Origin: a virus
Taxonomy: Duplodnaviria > Caudoviricetes
Length of the DNA: 61,385 nucleotides
Virus record (IMG/VR): IMGVR_UViG_3300040802_000030
Span: 1-61,385 of that record
Direction: 5' to 3' (one strand)
The notes under the pieces are model-generated. The model was not told the DNA's origin. It made no database searches and saw only the letters and a program-made list of their open reading frames with translations. How positions within the stretch are numbered: position 1 is the stretch's first letter; every line of letters begins with the position of its first letter. This document shows, piece after piece, positions 40,158-49,299 of this stretch. The position numbers and the translations under genes were made by a program.

Positions 40158-40557
40158 AATACTGTGTAAATTAAATTTTCATGATTGGAAAGAAGACCGT
40201 TATTTTGATGATGATTGGGGTGGAGTAACACGGTCTTTTTATTGTACTAGATGTTCTCTAATAAGACAGGATACATATAGTAATACCTATTATATGAATC
40301 GTTATTATAGAGAGTGGTTTAGTTATAAATATCCAACTCTTGACATTCAATATGATTCTGTATTATCTGTATCAAAAGAACTTATTAGAATGGATAAACC
40401 AAAAAATGCATTATTGAAATGGTTTATGGCTGATGATAATGAATTGGGATATTATAATTCTATAGTAAAAATAACAAATCCAAAACATTTAAAATTGAGT
40501 AGTAAAGAGTTAAAAGAAATTTATGGTGGTGGGAATTGGTTAAATGAGAATAAGTGA
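40147..40557 (+). CDS. Hypothetical protein (N-terminal C..H..CxxC)
   Basis: Overlapping operonic ORF. Confidence 0.55.
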   Translation: MIGKILCKLNFHDWKEDRYFDDDWGGVTRSFYCTRCSLIRQDTYSNTYYMNRYYREWFSYKYPTLDIQYDSVLSVSKELIRMDKPKNALLKWFMADDNELGYYNSIVKITNPKHLKLSSKELKEIYGGGNWLNENK

Positions 40558-40906
40558 TTGGGCAATAGACCATCCTAATAAACAAATAGCAGTAATTATA
40601 AAAGATGGTAGAATAATTAATAATTATTTTATTGAATTTAATAGAGCTTTTCTTGAAAAACATATAACTATAAAATCGGAATGTCTTTGGAGTAAATTTA
40701 CTATAAGATTACCAAATAATACATATATTCGTGCTATAAAAGAAAAAGCGGCAGATACCTTCTTTAGAGGGAGAAGGTTTTCTGCCATTTTTTATGAAAG
40801 AGATGTTGATAATGACGTTTTGGCTCTTGCTATATGTTCGTTAGATACAAATTCAACTGTTGATTATAATGAAGTTCTATTTAAAGAATTTATCCCATAT
40901 GCTTGA
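40544..40906 (+). CDS. Hypothetical protein
   Basis: Overlapping operonic ORF. Confidence 0.55.
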   Translation: MRISDWAIDHPNKQIAVIIKDGRIINNYFIEFNRAFLEKHITIKSECLWSKFTIRLPNNTYIRAIKEKAADTFFRGRRFSAIFYERDVDNDVLALAICSLDTNSTVDYNEVLFKEFIPYA

Positions 40907-40908
40907 TG

Positions 40909-40936
40909 TTTACATTTTTATTTTTTATGATATAAT
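40909..40936 (+). promoter_or_regulatory. T4-type early promoter
   Basis: GTTTACA-N16-TATAAT upstream of the uvsX operon. Confidence 0.65.
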
Positions 40937-40947
40937 TGGGTATAATT

Positions 40948-41118
40948 ATGTTTGAAGATATTTTAAAAGAGAAAAAAGAAGGTAGTGAAAAATTTATTAT
41001 TTGTACCGTAACCAATAAAATAAGATATATAGAAAAAGGTGAAAGATGTTCACATTGGTCAAAAGAAGGTTGTGGTAAATATTATGTACAAGGTAATTTT
41101 AATTGTAAGAATGATTAA
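40948..41118 (+). CDS. Small Cys-containing hypothetical protein
   Basis: Start moved to ATG 40948 (MFEDILKE). Confidence 0.45.
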   Translation: MFEDILKEKKEGSEKFIICTVTNKIRYIEKGERCSHWSKEGCGKYYVQGNFNCKND

Positions 41119-41127
41119 GGAGATTAT

Positions 41128-42231
41128 ATGAATTTTGATGAATTAAAAAAGAGTATTGAAAAAAATGTGAAAGGAGTTCATTGTTCTGTATTATCAGAAT
41201 CAGATATAGCAACAAATAGATTTTGGGTAAAAACTCCTGCGTTAGACCTAAATAGAATATTATCGGGTAGTTTATTTAAAGGAATACAAAGTAGAAACTT
41301 AGTTGGAATTGTTGGACCTGAACACACTATGAAATCATCATTTATGATTTTATGTATGGCGGAAGCACAAAAGCAAAACAAAAAACCAATCATTATAGAT
41401 ACAGAGGGTGGTATAAATAGCGATTTTTGTACAAGATGGGGATTAAATTCCGATAACATTTTCTATATCTACACGCCTTGGATTCATGAAGTAAAATCAA
41501 TAATAGCACAAATCAAAGATACTGGTGATACTGATATGATAATTGGTTTAGATTCTGTTGGTGGTTTAGATAGATATAAATCATTTGAGGATGCACAAAA
41601 AGGTGATCCAAAAGCAGATCAAGGATTATTACAAAAAGAAATTAGAGGAATGTTGAAACTTTTACTTAATGTATGTGTAGGTCAAAATAGTATTGGAATC
41701 TGTACTGGACATGTGTATGGTATGCCAAGTTCAGTTCCTATGCCAGATCAGATTGGTGGTGGTAAAGCAATGAAATTATTTCCTTCTGTATTAATCGCAT
41801 TGAAAAAGAAACAATTAGAAGAAGGTGGTAAAATTATTGGTAATGAAATTATAGCAACAACAATAAAAAATAGAATGTATCCACCATTTCAAACAGCAAC
41901 AGTTCATTTAAATTATACTGATGGTGTAAAACCATATGCAGGACTTCTTGAATTGGCTGAAAAAATTGACCTTGTAGAAAAGGCCGGTTCATGGTATAAA
42001 ATAAAAGAAACTGGTGAAAGTCTTGGTCAAGGTGCAATTAAGGCAATGGATGCATTTATTGAACATCCTGAATTTTTAGAAAAAATTGATCTTTTTCTAA
42101 AAGATACGGGATATTCAACTGTATCAGAAGAAGTAAAACAAGCAGAGGAATTACTTCAAAAGGAAATATCAGGTGATGTAGTTGAAGACAATGAAGGAAG
42201 AATAACTATAAAAAAGACAAAAAAGAAATAA
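41128..42231 (+). CDS. uvsX: UvsX/RecA-like recombinase
   Basis: LNRILSGS...G, GPEHTMKS, IDTE, DSVG, GGG, KNR..PF, GSWY. Confidence 0.92.
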   Translation: MNFDELKKSIEKNVKGVHCSVLSESDIATNRFWVKTPALDLNRILSGSLFKGIQSRNLVGIVGPEHTMKSSFMILCMAEAQKQNKKPIIIDTEGGINSDFCTRWGLNSDNIFYIYTPWIHEVKSIIAQIKDTGDTDMIIGLDSVGGLDRYKSFEDAQKGDPKADQGLLQKEIRGMLKLLLNVCVGQNSIGICTGHVYGMPSSVPMPDQIGGGKAMKLFPSVLIALKKKQLEEGGKIIGNEIIATTIKNRMYPPFQTATVHLNYTDGVKPYAGLLELAEKIDLVEKAGSWYKIKETGESLGQGAIKAMDAFIEHPEFLEKIDLFLKDTGYSTVSEEVKQAEELLQKEISGDVVEDNEGRITIKKTKKK

Positions 42232-42250
42232 TAGGAGAGTAGTAAAAGTA

Positions 42251-43246
42251 ATGACAAAAAAGATTATTATAACAGGTGGTTGTGGTTTTATAGGGCATCA
42301 TGTAGTAGAACATTTTTTAAAAAATACAGATTGGAATATTGATATATTAGATAGAATGACTTATGCTTCAAGTGGTTTGGATAGAATAAGAGATATTGAT
42401 ATTTTTGATGCTGATTCTAAAAGAACAAAATTTTATGCAGTTGATTTAACAAGAGAATTATCAGAAGGTATATTAAAAGAATGTGGTGATGTTGAATATA
42501 TTCTTCATATGGCGGCAGAAACACATGTTGATAATTCTATTACCGATCCAATGAGTTTTGTATATGCAAATGTTGTTGGTACTGGTAATATTTTGGAATT
42601 TGCTAGAAAGTGTAAAAATTTGAAATCATTTATATATTTTTCAACTGATGAAGTTTTTGGTCCAGCACCAGAGGGTATTTTATATAGAGAATGGGATAGG
42701 TATAATTGTACCAATCCATATTCCGCAACAAAAGCTGGCGCTGAACAATTAACACTATCATATATGAATACATTCAATCTACCAGGATTTATTATAAGAT
42801 GTATGAATGTATTTGGTGAAAGACAACATCCAGAAAAATTTATTCCAATGATTATAAGAAAAGTAAGAGATAATAAAGTTGTTACAATTCATTCAAATTC
42901 TGAAAAAACGAAATCAGGTTCAAGATTTTATATTCATGCAAGAAATGTAGCATCCGCTGTTCATTTTTTAATGGGTAAGTATGAGCAAAGACAGTTTTAC
43001 AATATTGTAGGTGAAAGAGAATTATCAAATTTAGAATTGGCTCAAAAAATAGCAAGTTTAATGGGTAAAGCATTGAAATATGAAATGGTTGATTTTCATA
43101 GTTCAAGACCGGGACACGACCTAAGATATTCATTGGATGGTACAAAAATGGAAATGATGGGTTGGAAAGTCCCTGTTACTATTGACCAATCATTGCAAAA
43201 AGTAGTAGAATGGACGTTAAAAAATGAGAAGTGGTTGTATATTTAG
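42251..43246 (+). CDS. rmlB: dTDP-glucose 4,6-dehydratase-like extended SDR
   Basis: TGGCGFIG, AAETHVDNS, STDEVFG, YSATK, QHPEKFIP, RPGHDLRY. Confidence 0.85.
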   Translation: MTKKIIITGGCGFIGHHVVEHFLKNTDWNIDILDRMTYASSGLDRIRDIDIFDADSKRTKFYAVDLTRELSEGILKECGDVEYILHMAAETHVDNSITDPMSFVYANVVGTGNILEFARKCKNLKSFIYFSTDEVFGPAPEGILYREWDRYNCTNPYSATKAGAEQLTLSYMNTFNLPGFIIRCMNVFGERQHPEKFIPMIIRKVRDNKVVTIHSNSEKTKSGSRFYIHARNVASAVHFLMGKYEQRQFYNIVGERELSNLELAQKIASLMGKALKYEMVDFHSSRPGHDLRYSLDGTKMEMMGWKVPVTIDQSLQKVVEWTLKNEKWLYI

Positions 43247-43260
43247 GAGGGGTATGTTTA

Positions 43261-43608
43261 ATGGAAAATAATTGTGTTAGTAGGTGTGAATTTCAAGAAT
43301 TTAATGGATCAAAATTTTATTGTAATTTATATGAAATTTTGTTAAATTCTAACATAAATAGTGATAATGATTGTATAAATGTTTTTAAGTGTGAAAAATG
43401 TGTAAATGAGGGTATTATAGGTTCATCATCTAAAGAAGAATTTATCAGAAAAATGAAACAACATCTTGGCTGGTTGATGGATTCATTTTATTCACTAAAA
43501 GATGATATGGAAGAAGAAGTAACTCATTTATATAGAATATTAAAGGAGTTAGAAGAAGATGAAGATGTCATTTTTTCAGAAACTTCCAGTGATAGAAAAC
43601 GAAAGTGA
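43261..43608 (+). CDS. Hypothetical Cys-rich protein
   Basis: AGGAGG Shine-Dalgarno; several cysteines. Confidence 0.55.
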   Translation: MENNCVSRCEFQEFNGSKFYCNLYEILLNSNINSDNDCINVFKCEKCVNEGIIGSSSKEEFIRKMKQHLGWLMDSFYSLKDDMEEEVTHLYRILKELEEDEDVIFSETSSDRKRK

Positions 43609-43774
43609 TGTTTTTAAATTGAAAAAATATGACCGTTTTTTATTTGGAAATACAATGATAGAACAGTTACAATCAAAAGAAGTAGGACAACAAATAACAT
43701 TTTATGAAGTTATTTCAGTTGAAGGAAAGAAAATAGAGTATAAACCAATATATGATATAATTGATAGTGAATAA
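43559..43774 (+). CDS. Hypothetical protein
   Basis: Operonic ORF. Confidence 0.55.
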   Translation: MKMSFFQKLPVIENESDVFKLKKYDRFLFGNTMIEQLQSKEVGQQITFYEVISVEGKKIEYKPIYDIIDSE

Positions 43775-43786
43775 GGAGAGGATTTA

Positions 43787-44056
43787 ATGGCAATGGTAGA
43801 TAAAGCAATTTTTATTTGGAGATTTGATTATGAGTTGGCTGATGATAGAAATACATCATGGTCTGCTCATATAGCAGGTTATAATGAAGAACAATGTAGA
43901 GATTATTTACATAAAATAGTTGGTGCTGGGGCTAGGATAATTACTATTAGTCAAGTATGTAGATTAGATGCAATAACTGATGAATTTAGAAAACTTATTG
44001 TAAGTGCCGCATCACCAATTAAGAAAGGACCCGGTAGACCACCAAAAAGAAAATGA
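43787..44056 (+). CDS. Hypothetical protein with a C-terminal AT-hook-like motif
   Basis: Ends KKGPGRPPKRK; AAGGAG Shine-Dalgarno. Confidence 0.6.
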   Translation: MAMVDKAIFIWRFDYELADDRNTSWSAHIAGYNEEQCRDYLHKIVGAGARIITISQVCRLDAITDEFRKLIVSAASPIKKGPGRPPKRK

Positions 44057-44907
44057 TAGGAATACATAATATAGATATATATTTAGAAAGAAAATTATTA
44101 AAAGAATTTTCTATATTAAAGTATGATGATCAGACTATTGATTTTTCTGATGTTGATGGTCTGATCATTGATTGGGTTGATAAAAATAATAAACTATTCA
44201 TTAAACAAGCGGCAATAATAGAACATTATGTAAGAAAAAACATACCAATAGTAATCTTTGATAGATATATGTCAATAACAGGAAAAGAGTTTTCTTGGTT
44301 GAAAAAATTTAATGTTCACTTTTTTGAACCAGCAATAAAAAATAGATGTGAATTTGAATATTTACCTCAGTGGATGCCTATTGGTGATAATGAAAAAATT
44401 CCAACAAATAAAAATTTTCATGAGTATGATTTAGGTTATGTTGGTATATTTTCAGATATAGTATTATATTTTGAAAAATATTACAGAAAGTATGCAAATA
44501 ATTATGTAGACCGAAAAGTAATTTTTCATACAAATGATTCTAATATTGAAATTAAAAATACAGACTCAATAAAGTTAGAAAGAAGTAAAATAGAGTATAA
44601 TTTCAATAATATAATTTTAATAGATAACCTTGAGAATATAAGAATTGGGTACATGAGAGAGGATTTATATTATTTAATGAACGATAATATACTACCCCTA
44701 CTACCAAGAGAAAATAAATATTTTCATGGATTATTTAAGGATTTGAGTGTTTCTTTTTTGAGAGATATTGAATATTTTATTAGAGCATTTAAAGAACCTG
44801 GAATAAGAAGGGCAACTATTGATGGTATTTTTGAAGATATTATAAAATATTATCCTGAGTTTACAATAGACTATGCTTATGATAAAATGATTAGTAAGTT
44901 AAAATAA
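44053..44907 (+). CDS. Hypothetical protein, possibly a divergent glycosyltransferase
   Basis: EYDLGYVG motif resembling GT-B C-terminal domains; glycan-cluster context. Confidence 0.4.
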   Translation: MIGIHNIDIYLERKLLKEFSILKYDDQTIDFSDVDGLIIDWVDKNNKLFIKQAAIIEHYVRKNIPIVIFDRYMSITGKEFSWLKKFNVHFFEPAIKNRCEFEYLPQWMPIGDNEKIPTNKNFHEYDLGYVGIFSDIVLYFEKYYRKYANNYVDRKVIFHTNDSNIEIKNTDSIKLERSKIEYNFNNIILIDNLENIRIGYMREDLYYLMNDNILPLLPRENKYFHGLFKDLSVSFLRDIEYFIRAFKEPGIRRATIDGIFEDIIKYYPEFTIDYAYDKMISKLK

Positions 44908-44928
44908 AATGTGAAAGGAATTTGTAAA

Positions 44929-45216
44929 ATGAAAATGGATATAACTGTTTCTAAAAAAATGACTATAAATACTGGTAATTATTCAAGTATTCAACCAAGT
45001 GTTTCTATTACTCTTAAAGATGTTGATGCTAAAGATTATAATGAAAAATTATACAATTTAACTGTTTTAGTGGATTCTGCTTTTACTAATAATTTAATAG
45101 AACATTCTGAATATATGCAAATGATAAAGGATTATGGTTTAAATAAGACATTAGATTCTATAAATAAAGAAGAAATGTTACAAGAAGTGGAAAATGCTAT
45201 AGAAAATTTAATGTAG
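44929..45216 (+). CDS. Hypothetical phage protein
   Basis: TINTGNYSSI motif; operonic. Confidence 0.55.
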   Translation: MKMDITVSKKMTINTGNYSSIQPSVSITLKDVDAKDYNEKLYNLTVLVDSAFTNNLIEHSEYMQMIKDYGLNKTLDSINKEEMLQEVENAIENLM

Positions 45217-45225
45217 GAGATATGA

Positions 45226-45489
45226 ATGGGAGTTTTTGATGATATCTTAGGAAGTGATAAACCAGAAGAAGAAGTTGAATTAGAGTTGGAACTAGAGTTG
45301 GAACTAGAGTTGGAAGATGGTACTGGTGATTTTGATTATGACCTAAAAAAATTATTAGATAAGGTTTTCGATGATATAATAGAAGAAAATAAAACATCAA
45401 AACCAAAAAATAAGTGGTATCCCAAGAAAGTTATGAAAGAATATTATGAAAACAGAACTAAGAATTATAAAAAAGGTAAAAGAACCTAA
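45226..45489 (+). CDS. Acidic hypothetical protein
   Basis: Starts MGVFDDILG; contains an ELELEL repeat. Confidence 0.55.
   Translation: MGVFDDILGSDKPEEEVELELELELELELEDGTGDFDYDLKKLLDKVFDDIIEENKTSKPKNKWYPKKVMKEYYENRTKNYKKGKRT
45277..45315 (+). repeat. 12-bp tandem repeat (about 3.25 copies) encoding (EL)n
   Basis: GAA(C/T)TAGAGTTG repeated three times, then GAA. Confidence 0.85.
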
Positions 45490-46126
45490 ATTGTTGGTAG
45501 TAACACCGTTACTACCAACACATAATATATCAAAAGATACAAAAAATTCGATAAAGAGAAATGATATTGAATTTGATTGGATAGCCGGTATTGGTGAAAA
45601 TAACATACCAACAAATTTGGAAAATGTGTTAAAACAATACAAATATGATAATGGAAAAAAGACACCTAAGTATTATATTATGATTGATAATGATATAGTA
45701 TTAGGTAGATATATGCTGGACAGAATGTTCAAAAAAATAGAAAAATCTGAATCAAATGAAGCATATGTATATGCGAGTTTTAAATTTAAAGGTCATATTA
45801 ATGCTGAATTTCCAGCAGTACCTTTTAATATAAAGAAACTATTATATGCTAACTATATTTCATCAAATTCAATGTTTAAATTAGATATAACAGAAAATGT
45901 TGGATTGGTTACAGATGATCAATATAAAAGATTATTAGACTGGGCTTTTCTATTAAAATTATTAGGGAATGGATATATAGGTCTTAATTGTCCGGAGGCA
46001 TCATTTGTTGCAATGTCATCGGAGAAAGATATTTCTGCTGGTAGTAGAGAAGATTATTCAATAAAAAGCAAAAGGGTGTATAATGATTTTATACACCCTT
46101 TTGTTGAAGGTTATAAGAGTAGATGA
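45446..46126 (+). CDS. GT-A (GT2-like) glycosyltransferase
   Basis: VVTP, YYIMIDND (DxD), NYISSNSM, LLDW. Confidence 0.65.
   Translation: MKTELRIIKKVKEPKLLVVTPLLPTHNISKDTKNSIKRNDIEFDWIAGIGENNIPTNLENVLKQYKYDNGKKTPKYYIMIDNDIVLGRYMLDRMFKKIEKSESNEAYVYASFKFKGHINAEFPAVPFNIKKLLYANYISSNSMFKLDITENVGLVTDDQYKRLLDWAFLLKLLGNGYIGLNCPEASFVAMSSEKDISAGSREDYSIKSKRVYNDFIHPFVEGYKSR
46069..46103. terminator. Bidirectional terminator-like hairpin at the convergence point
   Basis: 15-bp perfect inverted repeat CAAAAGGGTGTATAA-tgatt-TTATACACCCTTTTG, where plus and minus operons meet. Confidence 0.65.
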
Positions 46127-46480
46127 TTAAAAGTTGAATACAGAATGATGGAGAACTACGGTTTCTTCATCATCATCATCAAAATCTTCTTCTTCATCAC
46201 CGTCGTAACCATCGTCGTCGTCATCAAAATCCTCAAAATCATCATCATCTTCTTCGTCACGGCCGGGATCAGGAGTACTATCCCATGCTTGTGTTGGATT
46301 AGAATCTTTCAATTTCCATGCTTTTCCATTATCCTTAGCATTCCAAATATTAGTAGCCTTCTCAACTTCTGAAATACCACCATTTTTTGGCGCATCAACC
46401 AATTCAAATTCTTCAATTTCAGAGATAGGTTCATCAAAAACACTATCAACTTCACCCAAAATATCATCAAAAATTCCCAT
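46127..46480 (-). CDS. Highly acidic hypothetical protein
   Basis: Starts MGIFDDILG; long Asp/Glu tract. Confidence 0.6.
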   Translation of the reverse strand: MGIFDDILGEVDSVFDEPISEIEEFELVDAPKNGGISEVEKATNIWNAKDNGKAWKLKDSNPTQAWDSTPDPGRDEEDDDDFEDFDDDDDGYDGDEEEDFDDDDEETVVLHHSVFNF

Positions 46481-47280
46481 TATAAGTATTCCTTTCTTAT
46501 TTGTTCTTCGAGTTTTAGTTTAGATGAAAACGCTATAAATTTTTTAGCATTTTCTGTGTCTGCCACATTCCTTGATGTACCTATTATACTACTTCTCGGA
46601 TGAAATGTAAACTTATGGTCAAATATTTTTGCGAGTTGAAGGACTGACGTTGCAACACCAGTACCAATATCTATAGGTTCATATAGATTTCCCCATAACA
46701 TAGAATGATATATAGCTTTACAAATATCATTTACATGAATAAAATCTCTTTCTTGAGTACCATCACCATTTACCACCATTTCTTTATTTTCTTTCTTAGC
46801 TTTCACAAAACGAGAAATAACAGTATTTTTGGTTTCTAAATAATCAATACCACCATAAATATTAGTAAACCTCAAAACCCTTATATTTGTTTGATTTCTT
46901 TTGTTTATTTCTTCTGCCTCACACTCCGCCATATACTTTGTCAAAGCATAATAATTGGCTTTTGGTGTTTTTGCTGCTTGTGAGGATGCAAATATTACAG
47001 GAATATTTTCCCCTTCGGCTGCTCTAAAAATATTTATTGTTGTTGATACATTGTCCAAATACGCTTGTTTTAAATCATCAGAGCATGCACTTATACCAGA
47101 TAATGCTGCTAAGTGAATAATGTATTCAATTTTATTATATTTCAAAAACTTATGATGTATACTTGATGCTTCAAATCCATTTTTTCTATCAATACCCATA
47201 ACATTAAAATCACATCTTTTTAATATAGGTATTAGATTCTTACCAATATATCCCTCGCTACCTGTTACTATTATATTCAT
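46480..47280 (-). CDS. NAD-dependent sugar epimerase/dehydratase (GalE-like)
   Basis: TGSEGYIG, HLAA, ASS, YALTK, NGDGTQERDFIHV. Confidence 0.85.
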   Translation of the reverse strand: MNIIVTGSEGYIGKNLIPILKRCDFNVMGIDRKNGFEASSIHHKFLKYNKIEYIIHLAALSGISACSDDLKQAYLDNVSTTINIFRAAEGENIPVIFASSQAAKTPKANYYALTKYMAECEAEEINKRNQTNIRVLRFTNIYGGIDYLETKNTVISRFVKAKKENKEMVVNGDGTQERDFIHVNDICKAIYHSMLWGNLYEPIDIGTGVATSVLQLAKIFDHKFTFHPRSSIIGTSRNVADTENAKKFIAFSSKLKLEEQIRKEYL

Positions 47281-47290
47281 ATAATTTCCT

Positions 47291-47896
47291 TCATTTAGTT
47301 AAAATATACATATTTAAATATTCATCATCCTCATCTGGAGTTATATTAATCAACTCACAATACATAATATCTCTTAATTTATTTTCAAAAGAATTTATTG
47401 ATAACATTTTATCACGATGTTTGGGTGATCTACCACATTCAAGAATTATCTTATCACTTGTTAATTTTAAAGTTTTAACTACTCCCAAAAGATATTCAGA
47501 GAATTGAAAAGGATATGGTAACTGCATCAATATTGTAACATCGCTTTTTGGTTTGTTTTTTGTAAAATTTTCAACTTTATCAACATAAAAATCTATATTT
47601 TTCAAACCATTATGTTTTACTAAAAAACGAGATAAAATTATAGCTTTTTTATCATCATCAATTCCAATGTATTTCTTATCATTTTGAAATTTTTTTCTAA
47701 ATTTTATTAAATAATAACCAACATTACAACCCAAATCAATAATGGTATCATCCTTTTCTACATATCTCTCCATTTTTGAAAATTTTTTTTCTACTTTCTC
47801 AAGCATATTTCTGTGGTCGATAATACATTTATCATCTATAATCACTGGTTCATATAGATTGGTCATATGAGATAAAGTTTTAATAATATTTTTCAT
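47291..47896 (-). CDS. Class I SAM-dependent methyltransferase
   Basis: IDLGCNVGY motif I, GIDDD. Confidence 0.75.
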   Translation of the reverse strand: MKNIIKTLSHMTNLYEPVIIDDKCIIDHRNMLEKVEKKFSKMERYVEKDDTIIDLGCNVGYYLIKFRKKFQNDKKYIGIDDDKKAIILSRFLVKHNGLKNIDFYVDKVENFTKNKPKSDVTILMQLPYPFQFSEYLLGVVKTLKLTSDKIILECGRSPKHRDKMLSINSFENKLRDIMYCELINITPDEDDEYLNMYILTK

Positions 47897-48174
47897 TAAT
47901 AATTTTGCACTTTATATCCATTTTTTCTACAACCATTCTTAAAACCCTCATCATAACCATTTTTATAAGCGTCTTCTATCATTTCCTCTACTCTATTTTC
48001 ATTTATAGTTTCTTTTGTTCCTTCTCTAAATCCCTTTACGTTACCCTGATCATAACCCAAATCAAAACAATATTCTATAATATCTAATAAGACATTTTTT
48101 GAAAGAGAATACCTATCTTTTTTCTCAAAAAGTTTTTTTAGTTCATCAATATTTTTACCATCTAGAAGAAACAT
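47896..48174 (-). CDS. Hypothetical protein (GYxxG repeats)
   Basis: GYDQG..GFREG, GYDEGF; downstream of a promoter. Confidence 0.55.
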   Translation of the reverse strand: MFLLDGKNIDELKKLFEKKDRYSLSKNVLLDIIEYCFDLGYDQGNVKGFREGTKETINENRVEEMIEDAYKNGYDEGFKNGCRKNGYKVQNY

Positions 48175-48203
48175 TTTAATACCTCTTTACTTATTCATAA
48201 CAT

Positions 48204-48232
48204 ATTATACTATATTTTTAGAAGAATGTAAA
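48204..48232 (-). promoter_or_regulatory. T4-type early promoter
   Basis: TTTACA-N17-TATAAT on the minus strand. Confidence 0.7.
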
Positions 48233-48242
48233 TGGTGTATTT

Positions 48243-48776
48243 TTATTTCTCTAAAATAGTAAGTCCGTTATTATTTTCATAATGTTCTTTTATTTTCCAT
48301 TCTGTTGATGATACAAATTCATTTACAGCTTGTAATAAACCCGGTTTATTACCGTCTTCTCCCTTTTCACCAAATGTTACAGTATCATGTAATATAATAT
48401 ATTTTCTAACTTTATTTGAATGGAGTTTTAATTCTCTTTTTAATTGACTATATGAATGATATGTATCAATAAACAACAAATCTGTTAATTGTATATTTGT
48501 TTGTAATACATTACAAACAATAAAATTAAAATTCACACCGGCTTCTTTAGCAAATTTTTTATATTCTTCTAATGGAAAATTTTTATGTTTTTTTAAATCA
48601 TATGAAATAAGAGAATGGGGTCTACCAGCTATAAAACCTGTGGTTGACCTTGCAGTTCTAACACCCATTTCTGTAACAAAATCCACTTCACTAGCATATT
48701 TTTTTAATGTTTTTAAATGTTCATTTATATCTGATTTCTTGTTACAAAATTCCTCATATAATATATCAATATTCAT
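48243..48776 (-). CDS. Class I SAM-dependent methyltransferase (Methyltransf_24-like)
   Basis: EMGVR..ST, DLLFIDTYH, IILHDT, NNGLTIL. Confidence 0.75.
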   Translation of the reverse strand: MNIDILYEEFCNKKSDINEHLKTLKKYASEVDFVTEMGVRTARSTTGFIAGRPHSLISYDLKKHKNFPLEEYKKFAKEAGVNFNFIVCNVLQTNIQLTDLLFIDTYHSYSQLKRELKLHSNKVRKYIILHDTVTFGEKGEDGNKPGLLQAVNEFVSSTEWKIKEHYENNNGLTILEK

Positions 48777-49299
48777 TTTTTATTCCCCAAAATTGTAAAT
48801 CTTTATTTTCAATTTTTATGCTATACTCTTTCCAACTCATTTGTTCAATAATGGGAGTTACATCTTTTATTTCTAAATTTTTATAATAATTTGACCATGA
48901 TTCATTCATTTTAGATGTTGCTGATTGACTTGGACTTGTTTTTAATGTACCATGTTCTTTCCATCCATTTGCTACTGAAAAAAACATCAAACCATTTGGT
49001 TTCAATAAATTATACATTGATTTTATTGTCAATTCATAATACATATCGTGTTCTAAGGCGTTAGTAGATATTATTGTATCATATTCAAAATCTGGTTTAT
49101 ATTCATGTGCTATAGAAACTATATCAACATTTTTTCCTTCTATTAAATCCAATCCATGATAAATACAATCTTCAAAAAGATATCTATTATTACCATTAAT
49201 ATCAAGTGACCCTATATCAAGAACTTTCTTGTTCTTAAAATATTCGGGAAATTTTCTTTTCATATCATTACACCATTTTTGTTGTACTGGATGGGCCAT
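48766..49299 (-). CDS. Class I SAM-dependent methyltransferase
   Basis: VLDIGSLDING, GLDL..GKNVD, LEHD, LLKPNG. Confidence 0.8.
   Translation of the reverse strand: MAHPVQQKWCNDMKRKFPEYFKNKKVLDIGSLDINGNNRYLFEDCIYHGLDLIEGKNVDIVSIAHEYKPDFEYDTIISTNALEHDMYYELTIKSMYNLLKPNGLMFFSVANGWKEHGTLKTSPSQSATSKMNESWSNYYKNLEIKDVTPIIEQMSWKEYSIKIENKDLQFWGIKNEY

Noticed and set aside
41128-42231. Degenerate Walker A (GPEHTMKS) suggesting an inactive RecA
   Set aside because: UvsX-type proteins normally deviate from the RecA GxxxxGKT motif.
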